Shown: positions 1 through 7,317 of the stretch, in pieces
How positions within the stretch are numbered: the stretch's first letter is position 1
How the letters are laid out: every line of letters begins with the position of its first letter
Source of the DNA: Bdellovibrionales bacterium
Lineage (GTDB): Bacteria; Bdellovibrionota; Bdellovibrionia; Bdellovibrionales; UBA840
Assembly: GCA_037969075.1 (NCBI GenBank)
Contig: JBBKWS010000145.1
Coordinates: forward strand, 1-19,336
Length of the DNA: 19,336 nucleotides
Reading direction: 5' to 3'
The notes under the pieces: generated by a model
What the model was told of the DNA's origin: nothing
Database searches by the model: none
The model's input: only the letters and a program-made list of their open reading frames with translations
Position numbers and translations under genes: made by a program

Positions 1-660
1 ATTAGATCTGCTCGTCAGGCTAACCGTAACGCTAACGATGGTATCTCAATGATTCAAACAGCTGAGGGTGGCTTAAACGAAATGGGTAACATTGTTGTCC
101 GTTTAAGAGAACTAGGTATCCAAGCAGCTTCTGATACAGTTGGTGAAAGAGAAAGATCATATATCGATAAAGAAGTTCAACAATTAAAATCAGAAATGCA
201 ACGTATTTCAGATACTACTACATGGGGTACAACTAAATTATTAGATGGTTCTTCACCAACTTTTGATTTCCAAGTAGGTATCTTTAACAATGAATCAGCT
301 GACCGTATATCATTTGAAGCTGGTGAAAATGTGGCTACTTTAGACTCTTTTGGTTTAACTGATGTAGATTACAACACTAAAGAAGGAGCTCAAGACTCAC
401 TGGTAGCATTGGATGAGGCGCAAAACCGTATTAATGACCAAAGATCAAATTTAGGAGCTCTGCAAAACAGACTGGTTTCTACTTCTAATAACTTAGGGAT
501 TTATGAAGAGAACTTGTCAGCTGCAAACTCTCGTATTCGTGACACAGATGTGGCTGCTGCGACTTCAGATTTAGCTAAAAATAGCATTCTGTTACAAGCT
601 TCAACTGCAACTTTAGCACAAGCTAACCAAAATACGCAGGTAGCTCTACAACTATTATAA
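1..660 (+). CDS. fliC: Flagellin, 5' end outside the window; short type with little or no D2/D3 region
   Basis: Frame is open from base 1 (IRSARQANRNANDGISMIQTAEGGLNE...RLRELGIQAASDT). It ends in the flagellin C-terminal helix (RSNLGALQNRL...ENLSAANSRIRDTDVA...LAQANQ...ALQLL). The ATG at 49 is internal. Confidence 0.97.
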   Translation: MRSARQANRNANDGISMIQTAEGGLNEMGNIVVRLRELGIQAASDTVGERERSYIDKEVQQLKSEMQRISDTTTWGTTKLLDGSSPTFDFQVGIFNNESADRISFEAGENVATLDSFGLTDVDYNTKEGAQDSLVALDEAQNRINDQRSNLGALQNRLVSTSNNLGIYEENLSAANSRIRDTDVAAATSDLAKNSILLQASTATLAQANQNTQVALQLL

Positions 661-679
661 TTACCTCTTAAACCCATTT

Positions 680-710
680 AGGGCCCATCCATTCGGGATG
701 GGTCTTTTTT
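680..710 (+). terminator. Rho-independent terminator of the flagellin gene
   Basis: GGCCCATCC-attcg-GGATGGGTC stem-loop (682-704) followed by TTTTTT, about 20 nt after the stop codon. Confidence 0.88.
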
Positions 711-732
711 AGGGATCAATTTTAACGCACAG

Positions 733-758
733 AACGGACAATAGATCCGTTTTTTTTT
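733..758 (+). terminator. Possible second, weaker terminator hairpin
   Basis: AACGGA-caataga-TCCGTT followed by a long T run. Confidence 0.45.
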
Positions 759-759
759 A

Positions 760-788
760 TTGCCAGCCTCTGATGAATTACGTAGAAT
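760..788 (+). promoter_or_regulatory. Sigma-70-type promoter for the histone-like gene
   Basis: TTGCCA (760-765), 17 nt spacer, TAGAAT (783-788). A purine-rich RBS (GAGGGAG) precedes the ATG at 817. Confidence 0.65.
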
Positions 789-816
789 TTTTATGTATAG
801 CTAAAGAGGGAGATTT

Positions 817-1347
817 ATGGCAAAGAAGAAAAAAGCAAAAGTTATCAAGAAGAAAAAGGCAGCCGCTAAAGCAACCAAAAAGAAAAAGCCTGCTGCTAAG
901 AAAGCTAAGGCCACTAAAAAGAAGGCAAAAGCTGTTAAAAAGAAAAAGCCTGCTACTAAAGCCAAAAAGCCAAAAAGTACTAAGAAAAAACCTGCTATTA
1001 AAGCTAAGGCCACTAAAAAGAAAAAGCCTGCCCCTAAAGCTAAAACTCCTAAAAAAAAGCCGGCGCCTAAAACGATTGTTAAATCTAAGAGTAAGCCAAA
1101 CGCAAAGCCTAAGGTGCGCGATATCAACGAGATTAAAAGCGATGAAACCTCTTCTATTAGCTCGGTAAATCCGTTTAGCGTAGAGAAGCCTGATTTCGAA
1201 GAAGAGTTCTCTGAGGACACTTTTGGCGATCATTTAAAGTCTGAAAGCGAAGTCGATGAAGTTAATCTTGAGATCGATGATCTTGAGGATGATATGCAAG
1301 ATGATTTAGACGATGACGACGACGATGATGACGAAGGATATTTTTAA
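817..1347 (+). CDS. Histone H1/Hc2-like Lys/Ala/Pro-rich protein with a strongly acidic C-terminal tail
   Basis: Good RBS and promoter. The N-terminal ~100 aa consist of KKKKPA and KAKATKKK repeats; the C-terminus is Asp/Glu-rich and ends DDDDDDDDEGYF. A terminator follows. Confidence 0.8.
   Translation: MAKKKKAKVIKKKKAAAKATKKKKPAAKKAKATKKKAKAVKKKKPATKAKKPKSTKKKPAIKAKATKKKKPAPKAKTPKKKPAPKTIVKSKSKPNAKPKVRDINEIKSDETSSISSVNPFSVEKPDFEEEFSEDTFGDHLKSESEVDEVNLEIDDLEDDMQDDLDDDDDDDDEGYF
877..1022 (+). repeat. Intragenic direct repeats encoding the Lys-rich units
   Basis: Exact 23-nt repeat AAAGCTAAGGCCACTAAAAAGAA at 901-923 and 1000-1022. Exact 18-nt repeat AAAAAGAAAAAGCCTGCT at 877-894 and 937-954. 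Confidence 0.85.
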
Positions 1348-1349
1348 AT

Positions 1350-1378
1350 AAAAAAAAGGGCTCTTAAGAGCCCTTTTT
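1350..1378. terminator. Bidirectional Rho-independent terminator between convergent genes
   Basis: Perfect 26-bp palindrome AAAAAGGGCTCTTAAGAGCCCTTTTT (1353-1378) with A/T tracts on both sides, between the stops at 1347 and 1382. Confidence 0.92.
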
Positions 1379-1381
1379 AAT

Positions 1382-2407
1382 TTACGAATTTTTTTGATGA
1401 ACTGAAAACTTCTCAAAATCACCATACTCATGAAGCTTATTATAAAGCGTCTTAATTGTGATTCCTAAAGCCTGAGCTGCCTTTGTTTTATTACCATCAA
1501 AATAATGCAATGCTTTGATAATATAACGTCTTTCTAGCTCATGTAGACTGATATTAGGATCATATTCATCCATCACAGATTTTTGCTCTGGATTGCGAAT
1601 ATTTTCAGGAATATCAGACGGCATAATTATATGACCTTCACACAAAATTTGTAAGCGTTCACATAAGTTCTGTAATTCACGAATATTTCCATGCCAGTCA
1701 TACTTTACACAAACGTCCATAGCTTCTGGGCTCATTTGACGTCCACGATTTAAGTGAGCGTTTGCACCATTTGATAAAAAGTATTCAATTAAAACAGGAA
1801 TATCTTCTTTTCTACGGCGAAGTGCTGGAACATTTAAAGTAATAGTATTGATTCTATAGTATAAATCTTCACGAAATCTACCTTCCATAACTTCTTTTTC
1901 AAGATCACGGTTAGTAGCACTTACAAGACGTAAATTTACTTTAATAGGATCTTTTCCACCTACACGGTAAATCTCACCTTCTTGTAAAAAGCGAAGTAGC
2001 TTAGCTTGAATACCTGGGCTTAACTCCCCGATTTCATCTAAAAATAATGTTCCGCCGTTAGCCACTTCTGCTAGACCGATTTTACGAGTAAATGCGCCAG
2101 TAAAAGCACCTTTCTCATGACCAAACAACTCTGATTCTAAAAGACCTTCTCTTAGAGCTCCACAGTTAATAGCTACAAATGGCTTATGTTTACGATTACT
2201 GCCCTGATGAATGGCTCTAGCAACCAATTCTTTACCTGTACCGCTCTCTCCTAATACTAGGACAGTTGCATCAGATGGAGCTACACGCTCAACCATGCGG
2301 ATTACCTGCGCCATAGCCTCAGACTTATATATGATAGGCTTTAGGCTCTTCATATTTTCGTTCGTAGACACATTAGGCAAAATAATGTTTTCTGTTGTTT
2401 CTGACAT
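1382..2407 (-). CDS. Sigma-54-dependent transcriptional activator (AAA+ plus Fis-type HTH) with no N-terminal regulatory domain
   Basis: Walker [24 protein letters not shown], Walker [25 protein letters not shown] and [24 protein letters not shown]. Start placed at ATG 2407 because AAGGTGG lies just upstream; the ORF track gives GTG 2416. Confidence 0.95.
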   Translation of the reverse strand: MSETTENIILPNVSTNENMKSLKPIIYKSEAMAQVIRMVERVAPSDATVLVLGESGTGKELVARAIHQGSNRKHKPFVAINCGALREGLLESELFGHEKGAFTGAFTRKIGLAEVANGGTLFLDEIGELSPGIQAKLLRFLQEGEIYRVGGKDPIKVNLRLVSATNRDLEKEVMEGRFREDLYYRINTITLNVPALRRRKEDIPVLIEYFLSNGANAHLNRGRQMSPEAMDVCVKYDWHGNIRELQNLCERLQILCEGHIIMPSDIPENIRNPEQKSVMDEYDPNISLHELERRYIIKALHYFDGNKTKAAQALGITIKTLYNKLHEYGDFEKFSVHQKNS

Positions 2408-2452
2408 ACGTACCACCTTATAGGTTTATATTTATTAGCACCCCGAAGTTGA

Positions 2453-2469
2453 TGTCTCATTGTGATACA
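2453..2469. promoter_or_regulatory. Imperfect 17-bp palindrome, candidate transcription factor site
   Basis: TGTCTCA-TTG-TGATACA, one mismatch between arms. A related copy lies at 4060-4076. Confidence 0.45.
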
Positions 2470-2486
2470 GGTGCAAAGTGGCCACA

Positions 2487-2516
2487 AATATAACACAACG
2501 CATGAAATAAATGCAA
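2487..2516 (-). promoter_or_regulatory. Candidate sigma-70 promoter for the sigma-54 activator gene
   Basis: Minus strand reads TTGCAT-N18-TATATT with an extended -10 (TGtTATATT). Confidence 0.45.
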
Positions 2517-2522
2517 GTAAAA

Positions 2523-2552
2523 TTTGCGCATAATGTTATATTTTTTTTAAAA
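2523..2552 (+). other. dif-like sequence (good XerC arm, degenerate XerD arm)
   Basis: TTTGCGCATAA-TGTTATAT-TTTTTTTAAAA compared with E. coli dif GGTGCGCATAA-TGTATA-TTATGTTAAAT; there is a 12-nt exact match at 2525-2536. Confidence 0.3.
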
Positions 2553-2591
2553 AGCGGTTTAATTGCAGCTGGCAAAAGCTATACTCTTTGT

Positions 2592-3521
2592 ATGGATATA
2601 TTGGATTTAATCTCTAAATACCTGAATTACCTTAGATTTCAGAAGAAATATAGCCCACACACCCTTCGTTCCTATATTTCGGACTTCCAGCAAATATTAC
2701 AGTGGAAAAATTTTGGCAATTTGGAACTAAAAAATAAGCAGTTTGGCGAAGAGTACCTGTTTACCTACTTTACCTCTAAAAAATTAACAATTAGTGAGGA
2801 AGAATTACCAAAGTTTTTCAAGTCGCAAATCACTAAGCTACCTACAAGTAAAAGCAGCACGCGCCAAAGAAAAGTGGCTGCCATTAAATCTTATTTAAAT
2901 TGGCTCTACCAAGAGCGTTTTACCGAACGAAAACTATCACTTTTATTTACCCTCCCAAAAGCAAAAGAGAAAATCCCAAACTTTCTGTCCGTTGATGAAA
3001 TACTTGCTATCTTGAATTACTTAAACTCCCCGACTGCCAAAAAAGACCTTAAAAATGCAAACAAGAACACTCTATTCTTACTTCTATATGGTGGGGGCCT
3101 AAGAGTGTCTGAGGCTTGCAACCTAAAACCAAAAGACATCAAATCTAATAGTATTCGCGTGCTGGGCAAGGGCAATAAAGAACGGATGGTAGCATTGCCC
3201 GAATTCGTTTTTAAAAAAATAGGGCCCATTGATAATTCTAAAAAATACATCTGGGGTGATACTCCACTTAATACAAGAATTGCTTACAACTACATCCATC
3301 AAGTCGGCATTAGCGCTTGCCTACTAAAAAGCTTGCACCCACATGCCCTTAGGCATTCTTTTGCCACTCATATGTTAGCGGATGGTTGCGACCTCAGAGT
3401 TTTACAAGAAGCGCTTGGGCATTCTAGTTTACAAACCACTCAAAAGTATTTACATCTAGATTTACAAAAGCTGAGCGAAAATCTAGACAGGTTGAGCCCG
3501 ATAAATAAGGTTGTTAAATGA
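2592..3521 (+). CDS. xerC: Tyrosine recombinase of the XerC/XerD family
   Basis: N-terminal YLRFQKKYSPHTLRSYISD and the full catalytic set: LRVSE, GKGNKER, HPHALRHSFATH, LGH, TTQKY. Start placed at ATG 2592 from domain homology; the ORF track gives 2511. XerC versus XerD is not certain. Confidence 0.88.
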   Translation: MDILDLISKYLNYLRFQKKYSPHTLRSYISDFQQILQWKNFGNLELKNKQFGEEYLFTYFTSKKLTISEEELPKFFKSQITKLPTSKSSTRQRKVAAIKSYLNWLYQERFTERKLSLLFTLPKAKEKIPNFLSVDEILAILNYLNSPTAKKDLKNANKNTLFLLLYGGGLRVSEACNLKPKDIKSNSIRVLGKGNKERMVALPEFVFKKIGPIDNSKKYIWGDTPLNTRIAYNYIHQVGISACLLKSLHPHALRHSFATHMLADGCDLRVLQEALGHSSLQTTQKYLHLDLQKLSENLDRLSPINKVVK

Positions 3522-4051
3522 AAAAAGCCATTTTCTTGGATCGTGATGGTACTATTATTTTTGATAAAAACTACTTAAATGATCCAGGGCTTATTGATTA
3601 TGTACCTAATGTATTTGAAGCATTTAAACTTTGGCAAAATAATGGCTTTTGTTTTGTAGTTGTCACAAACCAGTCGGGAATCCATAAGGGGATTGTGAAA
3701 GAAGAGAATGTCGCTAAAATTCATCAAAAAATTGCCCACAGATTTTTAGACAATCAAACCCCTATTTTAGAATTTTACTATGCCCCTTTTGCCGCTAACT
3801 CTGACCATCCCATGAGAAAACCGAATCCTGGTATGCTACTCGAGGCTGCCAAAAAATATAAAATTGATTTAACCCAATCTTGGATGGTGGGAGATAAAAT
3901 GTCAGACGTAGAGGCTGGTCACAGGGCAGGCTGCAGATCTATTCTTTATACACACCAATCTAAAGAAGACCCCACCAACTCTTCATATATACCAGCTGAA
4001 ATCATAGCCGATGATCTATTAGCCGCTGCTAAAGAATCTGTCTCAAACTAG
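3518..4051 (+). CDS. gmhB: D-glycero-D-manno-heptose 1,7-bisphosphate phosphatase (HAD-IIIA, GmhB/HisB-N family)
   Basis: KAIFLDRDGT, VVTNQSGI, RKPNPGM, SWMVGDKMSDVEAG. ATGA overlap with xerC. Confidence 0.85.
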   Translation: MKKAIFLDRDGTIIFDKNYLNDPGLIDYVPNVFEAFKLWQNNGFCFVVVTNQSGIHKGIVKEENVAKIHQKIAHRFLDNQTPILEFYYAPFAANSDHPMRKPNPGMLLEAAKKYKIDLTQSWMVGDKMSDVEAGHRAGCRSILYTHQSKEDPTNSSYIPAEIIADDLLAAAKESVSN

Positions 4052-4076
4052 GATTTTATAGTCTCAAATAGAGGCT
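4040..4076. promoter_or_regulatory. Tandem GTCTCAAA elements; the second is part of a 17-bp imperfect palindrome
   Basis: GTCTCAAA at 4040-4047 and 4061-4068 (21-bp period); AGTCTC-AAATA-GAGGCT at 4060-4076. Confidence 0.4.
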
Positions 4077-4086
4077 GAAATTCTAC

Positions 4087-4114
4087 TCATATTAATCGAC
4101 CAAGGTACCGATAC
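4087..4114 (+). promoter_or_regulatory. Possible sigma-28 (FliA)-type promoter
   Basis: ACCGATAC (4107-4114) resembles the GCCGATAA -10 element; only a weak -35 (TCAT) lies 16 nt upstream. Confidence 0.3.
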
Positions 4115-4133
4115 TATATTATCGAGGTTGATT

Positions 4134-5135
4134 ATGAACGTTATTACAATTCTATGTATATTTCTAGCTTCCAGTATAGCTTTGGCTGACTCCCCAGTTG
4201 GTACCTTCATGGTGGTAAAGGGGCAAGTTACCGTTCAACATGCAGATGGTAAAACTGAAAAAGCTCGTATAGGCCTAAAAGTATTTCCTAAAGACATCAT
4301 TCAAACTATGAAAGATGCCAGGGGTAAAATCGTAATGATGGATAAGAACGTAATTAATATCTCGCCTGATTCAAAAATGGAGATTCAAGATTATACGTTT
4401 AAACCAGATGAAGACAAAAAGAGTGTTTTACTAAACCTAATGTACGGAAAAGTGCGACCACAGGTAAATCAAAAATATGATGAAAAGAAAAATACCTTTA
4501 GAGTTAAAACGAGCGCTGCTGTTGCAGGTGTTCGAGGAACTGACTTTATAGTTTCATTTCAAAATAATAGATCACAAATCACAACCTTTCACGGACTAGT
4601 GAGCGTGGGTTCAGCCATCGGTCTTGGTGGTCAAATCGCTAACCCTGTAGGCGTTAGCGCTGGGCAAGCCACTACCGTTAATATGAATGCGGCCCCACAA
4701 GCGCCTGTTCTAGTGCCGCCAGCTGATTTAGTATCAATGGATAAAGATTCAAGCGGTGACGGGAAAACTATTGAAAGTCGCCAACCAGCTAGTGAACCAG
4801 CACCAAAAGAAAATAAAAAAGAAGATCCTAAGGATGCTAAAGACGCAAAAGCAGGAGTTAAAGAACCTAAGGCAGAGACAAAAGATCCAAAAGCAAAAGG
4901 TCCAGCAACCTCGGGAACTGCAAGTCGCTCTCCACAATCGGCTTCTCCGGGGCTATTGCCACCACCTCCGCCTCCACCATCTGGTGAAGTCACAGTTCTA
5001 CCTGGACCAACAGCTGGCTTACCTCCGGTACCGAACTTACCGCAACAACCAATTGCGCCACCAGTAAATCCAATAGTTGGGGATATCATTCAACAGACAA
5101 ATACGTCCGTTAATCTAATCATTGTTGGCCCATAA
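4134..5135 (+). CDS. Secreted FecR-domain protein with a long Lys/Pro-rich disordered C-terminal region
   Basis: Signal peptide ending ASSIALA-DS. FecR-like motifs VKGQVTV, DIIQT, LLNLMYGKVR and FRVKTSAAVAGVRGTDF, then a poly-Pro tail. GAGG precedes ATG 4134; the ORF track gives TTG 4128. Confidence 0.85.
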   Translation: MNVITILCIFLASSIALADSPVGTFMVVKGQVTVQHADGKTEKARIGLKVFPKDIIQTMKDARGKIVMMDKNVINISPDSKMEIQDYTFKPDEDKKSVLLNLMYGKVRPQVNQKYDEKKNTFRVKTSAAVAGVRGTDFIVSFQNNRSQITTFHGLVSVGSAIGLGGQIANPVGVSAGQATTVNMNAAPQAPVLVPPADLVSMDKDSSGDGKTIESRQPASEPAPKENKKEDPKDAKDAKAGVKEPKAETKDPKAKGPATSGTASRSPQSASPGLLPPPPPPPSGEVTVLPGPTAGLPPVPNLPQQPIAPPVNPIVGDIIQQTNTSVNLIIVGP

Positions 5136-5144
5136 TCATGACCT

Positions 5145-5179
5145 AAGTTAGAAACTAGCATTATCTGTTTCTAACTTTT
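5145..5179 (+). terminator. Inverted repeat after the FecR gene: terminator or operator
   Basis: AAGTTAGAAAC-N11-GTTTCTAACTT with perfect 11-bp arms (5145-5177) and a short T tract. Confidence 0.5.
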
Positions 5180-5206
5180 GCCAAGCCACTTAAAAAAAAC
5201 TATCCT
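5178..5206 (+). promoter_or_regulatory. Sigma-70-type promoter for the TPR/beta-barrel gene
   Basis: TTGCCA (5178-5183), 17 nt spacer, TATCCT (5201-5206); RBS AAGGAG at 5223-5228. Confidence 0.55.
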
Positions 5207-5235
5207 ATATATGCATCTTTTAAAGGAGTGGCATC

Positions 5236-7317
5236 TTGTTGCATATATTGACTGCATTTATACTAATATTTTCATCTCTCGCAATAGCTAAAACACGACC
5301 ACCCATTAAGAACAGATCTGGTATTGATATAGAATACCGCCAACGTCTTTGGAACTCAGACAGTAAACAAATAGACACTGGTTACGTGGTCATAAAAGAC
5401 AGTAAATCTGAAAAACTAGTAGTATTACAACTTCAAGAAAGTGAGCCAGACTCATCAGTATTTACTGGTAGCTACAACATTGAATTAGGTAAGTCACAAA
5501 AATATGTACCTGCTATCTATATCCCAGATGAAAATGAATTGAAATCAGGCGATGAAAAGCAAAAATTCTTACAGAATATTAAAGAGGGTAAGGTTAGTAG
5601 AAAGCCGTTTATTTTAAAATCAGAAGGAGCAAGACAAATTCTTGAAACTTTTGACAATAAAAAAGCTGCAATATCTGCATTAAAATCGTACCGAAGACAC
5701 AGAGCACTAGCTAAGAGTGAAAAAGTTTTAAAAGATGGTGAGTATACAGAAGACATGCAGCTTGAAAATGCCTCTGACCTAGCACTAGTGAATAAACTAT
5801 CTGGCTTAACAAAAGAAGCTGTATCAAGAGAAAAAGAACGTACTCGGATGTTACAAGAGGAAAAAAGGAAGTTAGCTGAACTAAAGAAAAATTACGACGC
5901 ATTATCAGAAGCTCAAAAAGCAGAATCAAAAAAAACAGCTGCAGAACACTTAAAAACTGGCTTTGCATTATTTGAGGCTGGAAATTTTATAGAAGCAGAA
6001 TCAGAATTTTTAATAGCACTTGAAAAAGACCCATATAGCTCAAAATCATTATACACTTATGCGGTAAATCTTTTTAGAGTAGAAAAATACAACAGAGCAC
6101 TAACTATTTTTAGAATGGTTGACGATAGCGATAGAGAAATTGATAAAACAGAAAAACTATACTATTTAGCAAGCTGCCATTACAAGTTAGTAGAATTCGA
6201 TTACGCCTCTGAATTGTTCGGCAGAGTAAAGAATTCTGCAAATAAAAATCTCTCTGGCTCGTCTAGTTTTTATTTAGGCTTAATACAATATCAAAAAGAA
6301 AATTTTAATGCCGCAAAAGTAGAGTTTGAATTTGTCTTAGATAATTCCATCGATCCAGAATTAGATAAACAAGCCGAAATGTATATCGAAAGAATACAAC
6401 ATGATCTACAATTCATAGAATCAAAAAAGAAACCCTACTATGCAAACTTAAGTGCGGGCATTACGCAGGATTCAAATATTTTACTGCAACCGGATGGCAC
6501 TTCCGCTTCAGCCACTGCCGCTGATGATGGTGGACTTAGGTTTCAAATGGCCGGCTCATTAGAGTATAAGGCTAAGCAAACTAGAGTAGATGAGTGGAGC
6601 GTAAAGACCACCCTTGTATACTTATATTCAGTTGATGATGAATTTACACAAGCAGATCCCCTCGATATCATTGTTTCTGCTCCGTACAAAAGAAATTCTC
6701 AAGCCTTTGGTAAAAGCTATAGATGGGAAGTAGAGCCAGGGGTAGAAAGCCTTTTTATGGATGTTGACCAAGAAGGAAGTCGCGAAAATATTTTAAATGC
6801 TGGCTTTGTTAATTGGAAAAATTCAATAGTTATGAGTGATAAATTGATCTCTAACTATAATTTTCAATTGTATTACAATGACTCTAAAATTGATGCCACA
6901 ACATCAGATGAAGATGCTACAGGTTTAAAATATACATTTACTTACAACAACATCTATTTTTTAAACAGAGAAAAGGGCAAGATTATCATTTCGGATGTAG
7001 GTGTTAGCATGAATGATGCTGACGGGAAAAACTATTCGTACTTGCGTTTCGATTTGGCCATAAACTATATCCAACCCATAACTTTGTGGGACCTTACAGT
7101 AAGTACAAAACTAGCGTATAACCAGTCTAGTTACGATAGTACTGATGATAGAGAGGATAAAAACACTTCCTTAAATATTACATTTATTAGGTCGATCAAT
7201 GATTGGCTAGGTTGTAATGCTAGCTTAGGTTATATCGATAATAAGTCTAATGTATCTACCAGAGAGTATGACAAATATACTATTGGCGCTAACCTTACTG
7301 GTAAGTGGAATTTTTAA
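5236..7317 (+). CDS. Secreted TPR-repeat protein with a predicted C-terminal outer-membrane beta-barrel
   Basis: Signal peptide, a charged coiled-coil segment, several TPR-like repeats (GFALFEAGNFIEAESEF, YYLASCHYKL, FYLGLIQYQKENFNAA), then amphipathic beta-strands ending in a terminal Phe (LTGKWNF). Confidence 0.8.
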   Translation: MLHILTAFILIFSSLAIAKTRPPIKNRSGIDIEYRQRLWNSDSKQIDTGYVVIKDSKSEKLVVLQLQESEPDSSVFTGSYNIELGKSQKYVPAIYIPDENELKSGDEKQKFLQNIKEGKVSRKPFILKSEGARQILETFDNKKAAISALKSYRRHRALAKSEKVLKDGEYTEDMQLENASDLALVNKLSGLTKEAVSREKERTRMLQEEKRKLAELKKNYDALSEAQKAESKKTAAEHLKTGFALFEAGNFIEAESEFLIALEKDPYSSKSLYTYAVNLFRVEKYNRALTIFRMVDDSDREIDKTEKLYYLASCHYKLVEFDYASELFGRVKNSANKNLSGSSSFYLGLIQYQKENFNAAKVEFEFVLDNSIDPELDKQAEMYIERIQHDLQFIESKKKPYYANLSAGITQDSNILLQPDGTSASATAADDGGLRFQMAGSLEYKAKQTRVDEWSVKTTLVYLYSVDDEFTQADPLDIIVSAPYKRNSQAFGKSYRWEVEPGVESLFMDVDQEGSRENILNAGFVNWKNSIVMSDKLISNYNFQLYYNDSKIDATTSDEDATGLKYTFTYNNIYFLNREKGKIIISDVGVSMNDADGKNYSYLRFDLAINYIQPITLWDLTVSTKLAYNQSSYDSTDDREDKNTSLNITFIRSINDWLGCNASLGYIDNKSNVSTREYDKYTIGANLTGKWNF

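Noticed and set aside
877..1030. Direct repeats as a CRISPR array
   Set aside because: They are in-frame coding repeats with irregular spacing and no cas genes nearby.
773..1233. Overlapping ORFs 773..1168 (+), 778..1233 (-) and 801..1220 (-)
   Set aside because: Shadow frames of the low-complexity Lys/Ala repeats. Only 817..1347 has an RBS, promoter and terminator.
2592..3521. Recombinase as a phage or island integrase
   Set aside because: It has a Xer-type sequence, is coupled to gmhB, and has no att repeats, tRNA or mobile cargo nearby.
4631..5089. Alternative-frame ORFs within the FecR gene tail
   Set aside because: By-products of the Pro/Lys-rich low-complexity coding sequence, with no recognisable motifs.
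5229..5243. TGGCATCTTGTTGCA as a sigma-54 -24/-12 promoter
   Set aside because: GG-to-GC spacing is 9 nt instead of the required 10, and it overlaps the start codon.
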